NCBI GenBank assembly: GCA_963837955.1
Contig: CAWIPH010000002.1
Span: forward strand, 1,664,001-1,728,000
Origin: an uncultured Verrucomicrobiae bacterium
Lineage (GTDB): Bacteria; Verrucomicrobiota; Verrucomicrobiia; Chthoniobacterales; JAFAMB01
Reading direction: 5' to 3'
Length of the DNA: 64,000 nt
Positions 10,938-20,534 of the stretch are shown one piece after another. The notes under the pieces are model-generated. The model worked only from the letters and a program-made list of their open reading frames with translations. It did not search any database and had not been told where the DNA came from. A program made the translations under genes and the position numbers. The first letter of the stretch is position 1; each line of letters begins with the position of its first letter.

Positions 10938-11456
10938 ATGCCTCAAACATTAGAAGCCATGAACAGGAACAATGTTAGACTGGCCCAAATGGGATCCGAC
11001 AGTCTTCCGACAAGAAGAGGACGGAGACCAATAACGATTCGTGGTCCTCTGCATATCCAATGCAACGGACATGGAGATCTCAAATACCTGAATCAACTAA
11101 TCGATGAAGTGCTAACCTGGCCTGACATTGAGTCTACTGAGCGGTTTGTTGGTCGATCGAATACAATTCCAATTCGACTAATGGAGATGGCGACCTCTAA
11201 TGATCCCTCGGCATTTATCACCGCTCGGGAGTTTGCTCGGGTGCTTCTTGGAGCCCCAACGATATATCTGGTTTTACCGCTACTAAGCGCTCATAGGGCG
11301 ATTGTTCGGGGATGGGCTGAACCACACTATCTGGGATCTCAGGGCCTGATGCCGGCTGGCACGGTCGTCGTCTATACGCCAAAAGATGATGAGGAGCTTG
11401 AGGTCTGCTCTGTCCTTTTCTCTGAGTCCTACCGTTTAGGGCATAAGATCGATTAG
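10938..11456 (+). CDS. Luciferase-like/DUF5519-type domain protein
   Basis: GWAEPH and VYTPKDDEELEV motifs resemble this family; GGAGAG SD before ATG 10938. Confidence 0.55.
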   Translation: MPQTLEAMNRNNVRLAQMGSDSLPTRRGRRPITIRGPLHIQCNGHGDLKYLNQLIDEVLTWPDIESTERFVGRSNTIPIRLMEMATSNDPSAFITAREFARVLLGAPTIYLVLPLLSAHRAIVRGWAEPHYLGSQGLMPAGTVVVYTPKDDEELEVCSVLFSESYRLGHKID

Positions 11457-11533
11457 GCGGGTATATGTCCCGTTGCTAGCGACTTTCAGATACCATCGGA
11501 CTGACAAAATGGATCAAACTCTCACTCGTCCCC

Positions 11534-11640
11534 ATGCAGGCTGAAATGCGGACCTACGCAGAACTGCGAGAGCAAATGCACGACGCCTGCTCTAGCAACA
11601 TCCCGAGCGGGTCGAGCCAAACGCGAGTGCCTACTAATTG
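11534..11640 (+). pseudogene. Degraded remnant of a small hypothetical gene (MQAEMRTYAELREQMHDA / QHPERVEPN)
   Basis: Two frames joined across a frameshift and stop resemble a small QHPEW..PNG-type protein I recall from Verrucomicrobia; not verified. Confidence 0.35.
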
Positions 11641-11833
11641 AGATGACAGCTCGGACAACGATTACGGCAATCGGGTAAAAAGGGAGACCATCTCCAAGAG
11701 ACTGGTATTCAATATCGCGAGCCAAATGTGCGAGTTAATATTTCTCGCCTTCCCGTTCTGAAAAGACAGTCCTCTTTTTCGAAAATGAAACTTGTTCGGC
11801 CGAACAAAATAACTGCCCGGTAACATACAGAAA

Positions 11834-12271
11834 ATGAAGATGACCCAATACGTAACGCTTTTAAGAGTCCTTTCGAGCTTATCCCTTTGCTTGGTCCCGG
11901 CCGGGCTGAGTGCGCGTGAGCCACAAATCGACGTACAACAGATTCTGCAGACGACGCAATCGTGGGATGGCAGTGACTACAAAAGCTATCCTACTGGACA
12001 GCCGCAATTGACAGTGCTCAGGATCACAGTTCCGCCGAATACAGCTTTGCATTGGCATCATCACCCGGTGATCAGCGTCGGTTATGTGCTATCTGGCGAA
12101 CTTACGCTGGAAAAAAAAGCGACCGGCGAGCGCACGGTTATACATGCCGGCCAAGCGTTAGCGGAAACTGTCCAGACGACGCATCGAGGTTTCACGACGA
12201 ACGAACCAGTTGAGCTAGTTGTTTTCTACGCCGGACAGGTGGGACTGCCGATTACCGTCAATGAAGAGTGA
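11834..12271 (+). CDS. Secreted cupin domain protein
   Basis: Signal peptide; LHWHHHP, GYVLSGEL and THRG cupin motifs. Confidence 0.85.
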   Translation: MKMTQYVTLLRVLSSLSLCLVPAGLSAREPQIDVQQILQTTQSWDGSDYKSYPTGQPQLTVLRITVPPNTALHWHHHPVISVGYVLSGELTLEKKATGERTVIHAGQALAETVQTTHRGFTTNEPVELVVFYAGQVGLPITVNEE

Positions 12272-12339
12272 CGGAGTGGGGGTCGATGTGACCTCTTCTA
12301 AGACAAGCACTTTGGGATGGGTATCACCTAAGGTCGGGT

Positions 12340-13005
12340 TTATTTAGACGCGACCTTTGGCCGCTTCTTCCTTGGGTGTTTCGGAGCGACCAGGGCGAAA
12401 ACGATGGCATTGCTCAACCATTTTTCGTAGCGCTCTGAACTCCATTTGCGGTCAACGACCAGCATTCGGTAAATGTCCCGCCCGGTAAATGTCCACAAGA
12501 TATCTCTGGCTTCTTTTGCATCGAGTCCGGGGAGCAGTCGACCTGATTCGACGAGGTTGGCGATAGTCTGAGCTTGAGCCTCGTACCGGCCACATTCGCG
12601 CTCATATTCGATGGCTGCTAATTCCGGAATCACCACACCGGCTTTGCGCAACAAATCGAACTCCGACCGTTCGGAATCATAAATCTGCCGGGCAATTCGA
12701 GGGGCCATTTTGAGACGGGCTACTGGGTCCGCCAGGTCTTTCACCTCACTGATAAGGTCCTGATATGCGGGACCAAAGGCCGCTCGATCAATCAATTCGG
12801 TCAGGATGCGCCGCTTAGAGCCAAATACCGCATAAACCGTTGGCGCCGCCACGCCGGCCTCGCGGGCAATGGCTTCAATCGTCGCTGCCTCATAGCCTTT
12901 ATTTAAGATAAGCTGCCGCGCCGCGGCAGCGATGCGCGCCCGCGTCTCATCGGCCTGTCTTTGCCGGACGAGGGAATAGTAGGATCGGACGACTTTTTTT
13001 GCCAT
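12340..13005 (-). CDS. TetR/AcrR family regulator
   Basis: HTH: ATIEAIAREAGVAAPTVYAVFGSK. Confidence 0.92.
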   Translation of the reverse strand: MAKKVVRSYYSLVRQRQADETRARIAAAARQLILNKGYEAATIEAIAREAGVAAPTVYAVFGSKRRILTELIDRAAFGPAYQDLISEVKDLADPVARLKMAPRIARQIYDSERSEFDLLRKAGVVIPELAAIEYERECGRYEAQAQTIANLVESGRLLPGLDAKEARDILWTFTGRDIYRMLVVDRKWSSERYEKWLSNAIVFALVAPKHPRKKRPKVASK

Positions 13006-13023
13006 TGACGAAACGGATGATTT

Positions 13024-13056
13024 GAATATAGTGTACTATAACGAATATAGTATAAT
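13024..13056. promoter_or_regulatory. Divergent promoter/operator between tetR and the SnoaL-like gene
   Basis: TATAGT-GT-ACTATA (13027-13040), overlapping ACTATA-N5-TATAGT (13035-13051), and TATAAT at 13051-13056. Confidence 0.6.
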
Positions 13057-13093
13057 GCCTCTAACTCTAACAAACAAATTCGAAATCTGAGTT

Positions 13094-13561
13094 ATGAACT
13101 CCACCGAACTTGAACCCGATCAAATGCCCAAGGCAATCGTTAATTGGCTCTACGCGGAAGTCTTCAACAAAGGAAACGCGGATATTGCCGACCAGCTCAT
13201 TTCGCCAGACTTCAACGGACCTGCGGGAAACGGTCCGGAAGGATTCAAGGCCCTTATTTTGCCGCTCCGCCAGGCCTTTCCTGACCTCCATTTCAAGATA
13301 CAGGACACCGTGGCGGAAGGTTCCCGCGTGGTGGTGCGCTGGATATGGAGGGGAACCCATCGCGGATCGTTTGCCGGTATCGCTCCGACCGGACGTCAAG
13401 TTTTTAACGAGGGTATTGCCATCTACCGATTCGAGGATGGGAAAATTACGGAGGCGTGGTCGCAAATGGACCGTCTGGGAGTCCTTCAGCAAATCGGAGC
13501 TTTGCCAGCCATTGCCCAAGCCGGTCCTGCTCGTCAGACAGAAGTAACACATCCTGCCTGA
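13094..13561 (+). CDS. SnoaL-like ester cyclase family protein
   Basis: AFPDL, RWIWRGTHRGSFAGIAPTG, YRFEDGKITEAW. Confidence 0.9.
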   Translation: MNSTELEPDQMPKAIVNWLYAEVFNKGNADIADQLISPDFNGPAGNGPEGFKALILPLRQAFPDLHFKIQDTVAEGSRVVVRWIWRGTHRGSFAGIAPTGRQVFNEGIAIYRFEDGKITEAWSQMDRLGVLQQIGALPAIAQAGPARQTEVTHPA

Positions 13562-13565
13562 ACGA

Positions 13566-14186
13566 ATGGTCATGAAATTATTTATCCTCGGAGCCAGTGG
13601 CGGCATCGGCCAGCACTTGTTACAGATTGCGCTCGAACGCGGTTACCAAGTGACGGCGTATGTTCGCTCTCCTCAGAAAATCGGTTCTACGCACGAGCGA
13701 CTCGAAGTGGTCCAAGGCGAAGTATTCAACGCAGACCAGATGGCGCGCTCTTTGGCCGGCCACGATGCTGTTCTATCGTCCTTTGGGCCACTAACCGTGC
13801 GTTCTTCGACCTTGCGACGCGAGTTCGGACGGACCCTGGCCGCAGCTATGCGGAAGAGCGGTGTCCGGCGAACCCAAATTGTATCTGCTGCATTTCTCTT
13901 TCGAGATTTGAACGTCCTGGGCCGTCTTCTAAAGGCAACCCTGTTTCGTCAGATGGTCCCCGACATGGCCGGAATGGAAGCCGAAGTTTGTCAAAGCGAT
14001 CTCGACTGGACCATTGTGCGCCCTCCGCGCCTCACCAATGGTCCAGCCAGGCACTCTTACCGCGTTGCAGATGGGAACCTGCCAAAAGGGGGATTCCTTA
14101 TTTCACGAGCAGATGTGGCCCACTTCATGATTGGCGAAGCCGAAAATCCGACTCACCGGAAGCAGATTGTCGGGGTGGCTAACTAG
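13566..14186 (+). CDS. NAD(P)H-binding atypical SDR (flavin/biliverdin reductase-like)
   Basis: GASGGIG, DWTIVRPPRL, ISRADVA. Confidence 0.88.
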   Translation: MVMKLFILGASGGIGQHLLQIALERGYQVTAYVRSPQKIGSTHERLEVVQGEVFNADQMARSLAGHDAVLSSFGPLTVRSSTLRREFGRTLAAAMRKSGVRRTQIVSAAFLFRDLNVLGRLLKATLFRQMVPDMAGMEAEVCQSDLDWTIVRPPRLTNGPARHSYRVADGNLPKGGFLISRADVAHFMIGEAENPTHRKQIVGVAN

Positions 14187-14512
14187 ACGCGTTTGCCGGA
14201 CGCTGGATTGAGCGAATTCATGTCGCTCATTTCATGCTGGAGACGATCGGGAGTGGTGAGGGAAGCCTGCGAATGGGGGTCCAACATTCAACACATAAGA
14301 GCAATGTGTGTTGAGTGCTTAGGCTCGACCTTTTTTAGGCTCCCATTTTTAGATCCGTGGACGACTCTTGGCCACCCAGCGAGTTAAGTGGAGGAAGGCC
14401 GACGGGGACTTCCTCATCGCCGGAAAATAGGGGCCGCAATTCCGCAACGAAATGCTATAGCATCGGAGTACCATATCATCGGCCGACGTGTTTCGCGGGA
14501 GACAACAGGCCG

Positions 14513-16243
14513 ATGACGGAATATGGTCCTCCAACAAATCCGTCCATGACCGAACTCGACAAAGATGAGCAATTCTATCGCGACACGGAGAGCATTGCCT
14601 TTCCGAAGCTCGATGACCGGCAGCTCGCAATGCTGGAGCCACTCGGCGCGCGGCGCATCGTGCGGCGCGGCGAACTGGTATACAAAGCGGGCCAACGCGA
14701 TGTCGGGTTGACCACGGTCCTGCGCGGCGAGCTGGAAGTCTTCGAGTCACGCGACGGGCAAGAGCAGATCCTGGCGACTTCAGGCCCGCGCGGTTTCATC
14801 GGGGACGTTGCGATGCTCATGGGCACCGCGGCGCTGGCCAGCGCGCGAGGCAAAGCGGATGAGAGCGAAATTTTGGAAGTGCCCGCGGATAGGCTTCGCC
14901 AAGCGCTGGCGGAACTGCCCGGCGTCAGCGAGCCGGTCGTGCGCGCGTTCATCATGCGCCGGCAGCGGCTGAAGCGCGACCGCGAGTTTGCCGGGCTGCG
15001 CGTTCTCGCACAGGATGGCTCGCGGGACGGCCATCAACTCGACGATTTTCTCGACAAAAATCATATCCCGCATCGATTGATAGACTTTCAAAGCGAATAC
15101 GGGCGCGCCTTATCCGAACGCTTGCACCTGACGAGTCGCGATTTGCCTGTCCTGATCACGGCAAGTGGAATGCCGTTGCGCCGCCCGTCGCTTCGCGAAG
15201 TCGCGCGCGTCGCCGGGCTGCTCCGGCCGCTGGCGCAGGACGAGGAGAGCGAAATCACCTGCGATCTCGCTATCGTCGGGGCGGGTCCGGCCGGTCTTGC
15301 CGCCGCGGTTTATGCCGCCTCCGAAGGGCTCAAGACTGTGGTTTTGGAAAGCTACGCGCCAGGTGGACAAGCCGGGTCTTCTTCGCTGATCGAGAATTTT
15401 TTCGGCTTTCCCACTGGCATTAGCGGCGGCGAACTGACTTACGGCGCGCAACTTCAGGCATATCGTTTCGGCGCGAAGTTTTCGACGCCGGCGCAGGCGC
15501 TCTCGCTCGCATTCATCGACGGCGAGCACCGGGCGAGCCTGCAAATCGAAGGCTGCAACGCGACCCTGCTGGCGAAGTGCGTCATCATCGCGACGGGCGC
15601 GGACTATCATCGTCTGGAGGCCGAGGGGCGCGAGAACTTCGAGGGCTCCGGCCTTTACTACGCTGCCACGGCGCGGGAAGGGCAACTCTGCCGTGGCTCG
15701 ACCGTGATCGTTGCCGGCGGCGGCAACTCGGCGGGCCAAGCCGCGATGTTTCTCTCCGAAGGCGCGGAGAAGGTGCTGTTGGTGGTCCGAGGCGAAGGTC
15801 TCGTCAAAAGCATGTCGACTTATCTCTCACGCCGCGTTGAGGCGAAGGAGAACATCGAAATTCTAACGTGTACCGAGATTCGGAGAATGATGGGCGGGAA
15901 GGTTCTGGAAGCTGTCGAGCTGGAGAACACGAAGACGCACGAGCGACGAACGGTGCAGACGTCAGCCGTCTTTTCCATGGTCGGCGCGAAGCCGTGCACC
16001 GCTTGGTTGCCGCCCGAGATCGAGCGGGATGAAAAGGGCTTTATCAAAACCGGCCATGCGGTCGTCGACGCGCCCGCGTGGAAAGGCAAGAGCCGTCCGC
16101 CGGGGCCGCTGGAGACGAGCTGGCCAGGCATCTTTGCCGTAGGCGACGTGCGTTCCGGCTCGGTGAAACGCTGCGCTGCCGCAGTGGGCGAGGGGGGCAT
16201 GGCGGTCGAGGGAGTGCACGACGTCCTTAGAACTTACGCCTGA
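14513..16243 (+). CDS. Cyclic-nucleotide-binding domain fused to a thioredoxin reductase-like FAD oxidoreductase
   Basis: N-terminal cNMP domain (VLRGELEV, GFIGDVAML); GAGPAG, GGGNSAG, GDVRSGSVKR; start 14513 or 14546. Confidence 0.88.
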   Translation: MTEYGPPTNPSMTELDKDEQFYRDTESIAFPKLDDRQLAMLEPLGARRIVRRGELVYKAGQRDVGLTTVLRGELEVFESRDGQEQILATSGPRGFIGDVAMLMGTAALASARGKADESEILEVPADRLRQALAELPGVSEPVVRAFIMRRQRLKRDREFAGLRVLAQDGSRDGHQLDDFLDKNHIPHRLIDFQSEYGRALSERLHLTSRDLPVLITASGMPLRRPSLREVARVAGLLRPLAQDEESEITCDLAIVGAGPAGLAAAVYAASEGLKTVVLESYAPGGQAGSSSLIENFFGFPTGISGGELTYGAQLQAYRFGAKFSTPAQALSLAFIDGEHRASLQIEGCNATLLAKCVIIATGADYHRLEAEGRENFEGSGLYYAATAREGQLCRGSTVIVAGGGNSAGQAAMFLSEGAEKVLLVVRGEGLVKSMSTYLSRRVEAKENIEILTCTEIRRMMGGKVLEAVELENTKTHERRTVQTSAVFSMVGAKPCTAWLPPEIERDEKGFIKTGHAVVDAPAWKGKSRPPGPLETSWPGIFAVGDVRSGSVKRCAAAVGEGGMAVEGVHDVLRTYA

Positions 16244-16479
16244 CTGCGCGCGCCAGGTCGCATCAGGGCTGAATGGCATCCGCTGACGAGCCCAATCGAA
16301 GTTCTCGTCGACTTATTGATGGTCCGAACTCGCTGTCGGAATGCATCGCCCGCCTTATGCGGCAATGCTCGTAACTGGTTTCGGATTCGAGTTTGTTCCG
16401 GATTGCTGTCTAAAATAGAAATCTCTTTTATTAATGTTGTAATATATAGGTATTGTAAACGGTAGTTCCAGATTCGTCG

Positions 16480-18015
16480 ATGCTCGATCTCCTCTTGGAT
16501 AACGCGGCGGCAAAGTTTCCGCTCAAGGCCGCTTTGATTTTTGAGGACGAAACTTATACTTACGGCGACCTGCTTAGCCGCACTCAAAGCTTGGCGGCCT
16601 CCCTGTTGGAGCGAGGAATCAATCCAGGGGATCGAGTTGCATTTTTGCTGCCAAACTGCCCTGAAATAGTGCTCTGCTACTACGCCTGTTTTAAGATGGG
16701 CGCGATCGCTGTACCTCTGAACATTCGCTTCGGCGCCGACCTGCTTAAGTATGTCATCAACCACAGCGGGGCTCGTCTTCTAATCAGTGAACCAGAACTG
16801 TTCACACAGGTGGAAAAAATCAGGCGGTCGCTGCCTGAAGTCGAGCAATACTACGTGGTCTGCCGCCACTCGGATTTCGGTGGAGTAGCGCCCTTCAGTG
16901 AACTACTCCAAGCGACATTAAGCGTGGATCGTTTGCCGGTCTTAGAAGAGGGCAGTCCCGCTGCGATTTACTACACATCAGGCACAACGGGGTTGCCGAA
17001 GGCGGTGATACATACCCACGGCAGCTTGGCGCGGGCAACCTCTGATCAAATACAGCAAATCGGCATTTCTGCCGATGACAAGACGCTGATCATGTTTTCG
17101 GTATGCTATCTGATCGGTTTTGGCTCTCAGGTTCTGACTTTCCACAGCTGCGGAGCGACCTGTATTCTGTTAAGTTATTTTGAACCGCCGCTGGCTCTCA
17201 AAGCCATCCAAGCCTATAAGGCGACCAAAACGTATTGCTTCCCGAAACTATACAATGATCTAGTTAACTACCCGGAAGCCGGCCAGTATAACCTTCGATC
17301 GCTAGATTTCTGTTTCTCTGCCGGCGAAGCGATTGCTGTTGTCATCCAGGAGCGATTCAAGCGGATCTTTGGTGTCGAAATCACAGAAGGCTGCGGTATG
17401 ACGGAGCTGCAAATCTACAGCATGAACCCTCCGTATGGTAAAAAGAAGGTTGGCTCAATTGGGAAACCCATCGTCGGTATGGAAGTTTCTCTGATTGATG
17501 ATTCTGGCCGTCCGATTTCTCGACCAGGTGAAATCGGTGAGATGATCGTCCGTGGAGGTAGTATGACCGCGGGCTACTGGCGCGATCCGGAACTAACTGC
17601 AAGGAATATCATGGATGGGTGGTTTCATACCGGCGACCTCGCTTATAAAGACGAAGAGGACTTTTACTGGTTCGTAAGTCGCAAATCGGAGATCATCAAC
17701 CATCGAGCTGGACTGGTATCACCTATCGAAGTCGAGGGCGTGTTGTACCGACATCCAAGCGTCAGAGAAATAGGCGTCATTGGAGTACCTGACAGACATG
17801 GTGGCGAGCTAGTACAGGCACATGTAGTTCTCAAGGAAGACAGCTCTCCAGTTACGCAACAACAATTGCTCGATTTTGCCAGAATGCGCCTGGCTGAATA
17901 TAAAGTTCCGGACCAGATCATTTTCTCCGAGACCCTACCGTACGGACCCACCGGAAAGATTGACCGAAAAACTTTGCGGGAGAACTCCCTTAGGCAAATA
18001 GCTGAGCATCGTTAG
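16480..18015 (+). CDS. AMP-binding acyl-CoA synthetase
   Basis: YTSGTTGLPK, GMTE, WFHTGD, PTGKIDR. Confidence 0.92.
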   Translation: MLDLLLDNAAAKFPLKAALIFEDETYTYGDLLSRTQSLAASLLERGINPGDRVAFLLPNCPEIVLCYYACFKMGAIAVPLNIRFGADLLKYVINHSGARLLISEPELFTQVEKIRRSLPEVEQYYVVCRHSDFGGVAPFSELLQATLSVDRLPVLEEGSPAAIYYTSGTTGLPKAVIHTHGSLARATSDQIQQIGISADDKTLIMFSVCYLIGFGSQVLTFHSCGATCILLSYFEPPLALKAIQAYKATKTYCFPKLYNDLVNYPEAGQYNLRSLDFCFSAGEAIAVVIQERFKRIFGVEITEGCGMTELQIYSMNPPYGKKKVGSIGKPIVGMEVSLIDDSGRPISRPGEIGEMIVRGGSMTAGYWRDPELTARNIMDGWFHTGDLAYKDEEDFYWFVSRKSEIINHRAGLVSPIEVEGVLYRHPSVREIGVIGVPDRHGGELVQAHVVLKEDSSPVTQQQLLDFARMRLAEYKVPDQIIFSETLPYGPTGKIDRKTLRENSLRQIAEHR

Positions 18016-18056
18016 GGTGAGCCAACCGCTCTTCACTAGTTTTCGTGCCGCCCAAT

Positions 18057-18117
18057 GGTAGCGGTAAATACACGGAGACTGTCGCGCATCGAGGAGACGA
18101 GTCACTACTTTTTAGAT
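18057..18117. repeat. Dispersed 61-bp repeat, copy A
   Basis: 50/61 ungapped identity to 26184-26244 (counted by hand). Confidence 0.8.
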
Positions 18118-18149
18118 TCGTTTCCTCTCAAGAAGACGGGTTCCGTAGA

Positions 18150-19340
18150 TCAAGCCTTATCGGCACTGGTTTGCTCGGTCGGTGCGGCGGGAACGGATAT
18201 TAAACCCCACCAGAGAAGCGGCAGGGAAAGAAGGAGGATGACCCCGATCGACAGAGAGGCGGTCAACACCGAAAAGTGGCTGGCGACGGGGCCTGCGACA
18301 ACGCCGCCTACCAGCGTTCCAATAGCATAAGCGATATTGAAGATGGCATAAACCGACGCGTAGGCGCCTGCTGCGCAACGGTCCACGGCGTCAGCAAGTT
18401 CGGTAAGCAGAGGATTCATGGCACAAGCGTAGGCAATGGTGACTAGACACAATGCCGCGCCCACCAAAATCACGCTCGGGTAGAGTACAAGCAGGGGCAT
18501 TCCGATGGCCATAGTGGTCAAACCGAGAGCGATGGCAAATCGCCGTCCAAACCAGTTCGTCAAACCTTCCACGGGCGTGGCGGCAAGCCCGTATGCTACA
18601 CCAGAGAGAGTAAACAGCAGCCCGACTACGGTCGATGATGCCCCTGCCTTATCAATTAAGAACGCTGGCACATCGGGCTCGATCAATCCCCAACCACAGG
18701 CAATGAGGGCGGCGACGAGTGCGGCAGCGAGCACGGCTCGATTACGGAAAAGGACAGGCATCGCGTTGGGAACAGCAATGTGATTTTGATCGTGCGGAAT
18801 CAAAGTGAGACGCAGGATGAGATCCGCCAACGCGATTAGTCCACTGACCCAAAACGGCGCAAGATATCCGCCCATGTCGTAAAGGGCACCGCCGGCTAGC
18901 GGAGCCATGAGCGCCCCCATCGTAGCGCCGAGCATGGCCAGGCCCATTTTTTGCACTCGCTGGTTGGGATACCGCTCCGCGATGACCGCGAGCCCCGCAG
19001 TCCATGCCGCGGAGGAAGCTCCGCCTTGGATAATTCGCGCAAGGATGAGTATCCAATAACTCCCTGCGTTGGCGAAAATAAACGTCGCGATCAACTGAGC
19101 GACGGCTCCGACAATGAGCGGGTTCTTGCGGCCAATTCGGTCGGATACGACGCCAAAAAGCGGCGTAAGCAGCACCACTCCGAGGGCATAACTGCAGTAA
19201 AGTGATGCGATATCCGAGGTGGAACTGATGCCCGCGGGCGACAGCGGGGCGAGCGGTATGACCACTTCGTAAAGGAACGCGTCGGTAAAGAGGGCAAAAC
19301 CGACCGCGACTAATGGAGAGAGGGAGCGTCTGCCTTCCAT
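18150..19340 (-). CDS. MFS transporter (DHA1 / vesicular amine transporter-like)
   Basis: Motif A GVVSDRIGRK, ARIIQG, about 12 TM helices. Confidence 0.88.
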   Translation of the reverse strand: MEGRRSLSPLVAVGFALFTDAFLYEVVIPLAPLSPAGISSTSDIASLYCSYALGVVLLTPLFGVVSDRIGRKNPLIVGAVAQLIATFIFANAGSYWILILARIIQGGASSAAWTAGLAVIAERYPNQRVQKMGLAMLGATMGALMAPLAGGALYDMGGYLAPFWVSGLIALADLILRLTLIPHDQNHIAVPNAMPVLFRNRAVLAAALVAALIACGWGLIEPDVPAFLIDKAGASSTVVGLLFTLSGVAYGLAATPVEGLTNWFGRRFAIALGLTTMAIGMPLLVLYPSVILVGAALCLVTIAYACAMNPLLTELADAVDRCAAGAYASVYAIFNIAYAIGTLVGGVVAGPVASHFSVLTASLSIGVILLLSLPLLWWGLISVPAAPTEQTSADKA

Positions 19341-19347
19341 TTTTGGG

Positions 19348-20520
19348 TCAGGATATCCGCGATGGATGAGCCGAACGACCTAACCCAAGCACCAGCGGTA
19401 GCATAAGGAGCGGAGCAACGGCGGAAACCGCAAGACCGAGATGCAAGTCGTGTATGCCGGCGATCCATCCCACCGTCCAGGGCATGAAGATGCCGCCCGC
19501 ATTTCCGAGCGCTGCCAGCGCCCCGAACATGCTCGCTCCGCCATTGGGATAGCGATCCGCGGTGACTGCCAGCATTGTGGGCCACAGACAACTTCCGGTA
19601 AATCCGGCAAGTACACAGGCCGCTAGGGCGAGCGAGTAGATCGGCAGAAACGATCCCGCCAGGAACAAGACTACCGAGGAGCTGCATCCCCAGGCCATTG
19701 TATGAAAAGGGTTCAGCTTCGCGCCGAAGGCTCCCACAATCATTCTTCCCGCCGCCATTGCGACGGAAAACAAAAGCAGCCCGACGCCGGAAATCCATTG
19801 TGGAAAACCGAGCGCGGATTCCGCATAGGCGGGCAGCCATTGCGCCATGCCGAGTTCGGTCGCGCCACCGAGGAAGATGGCAGCCATCGCTCCGAGGAAC
19901 CATTTTTCCTTCAAAATCGTTCCCAAAAGAGTGCGGCCCTCCTCGCCGGATACGATCGATGGGAATGCCATTCGGGCGAATGCGGCGAACAAAACCAAAG
20001 GAAGAGGCAGCAGTACCAGACAGGCGGTACGCCAACCCCAGCCCATCTGCAGAACCACAGTTCCGGCCAATATGGTGACTACCGCACCCACGCAATAAAA
20101 GGAGTGTAGCCAGTTCATAGAGGACGAACGCTTGTCGGGATTCAGCGCGGCCACCACGGGGCTAAGCACCATATCGAGGATTCCGGCACCCAGACCCAGC
20201 ACGAATACCGCAAATCCCAGCGCGCTATAGCTGGGGACGAATATCATTCCCGTCAAGCTAATGGCAATGAGTGCGTTCCCAATCTGAACGAACGGCTTGG
20301 CGCCCCAACGATCTACGAACGGTCCTGTCGCCACAATCCCCAGGCACAGACCGGCAAACGACAACGCGCCCAGACGGCCAAGCTCCTCCAGCGTAAGGAG
20401 GGTTGTACCGAATGAGTGGCGAAGGCTGTTCAAAAATACCGGCAGCAAGTTGAGTCCGATGGCCAGACTCATCATTGCGGCGTAGCAGAGACCGGTCAGC
20501 AGTCTTGGATTTCTACTCAA
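19348..20520 (-). CDS. MFS transporter (FucP-like, sugar)
   Basis: GPFVDRWGAK, MNWLHSFYCVGA, ELGMAQWLP, about 12 TM helices. Confidence 0.85.
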   Translation of the reverse strand: MSRNPRLLTGLCYAAMMSLAIGLNLLPVFLNSLRHSFGTTLLTLEELGRLGALSFAGLCLGIVATGPFVDRWGAKPFVQIGNALIAISLTGMIFVPSYSALGFAVFVLGLGAGILDMVLSPVVAALNPDKRSSSMNWLHSFYCVGAVVTILAGTVVLQMGWGWRTACLVLLPLPLVLFAAFARMAFPSIVSGEEGRTLLGTILKEKWFLGAMAAIFLGGATELGMAQWLPAYAESALGFPQWISGVGLLLFSVAMAAGRMIVGAFGAKLNPFHTMAWGCSSSVVLFLAGSFLPIYSLALAACVLAGFTGSCLWPTMLAVTADRYPNGGASMFGALAALGNAGGIFMPWTVGWIAGIHDLHLGLAVSAVAPLLMLPLVLGLGRSAHPSRIS

Positions 20521-20534
20521 TATTTTCGTGCCTG

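Noticed and set aside
16282..16312. Hammerhead ribozyme core (CTGACGAG)
   Set aside because: No GAAA partner or three-stem junction; only a simple hairpin
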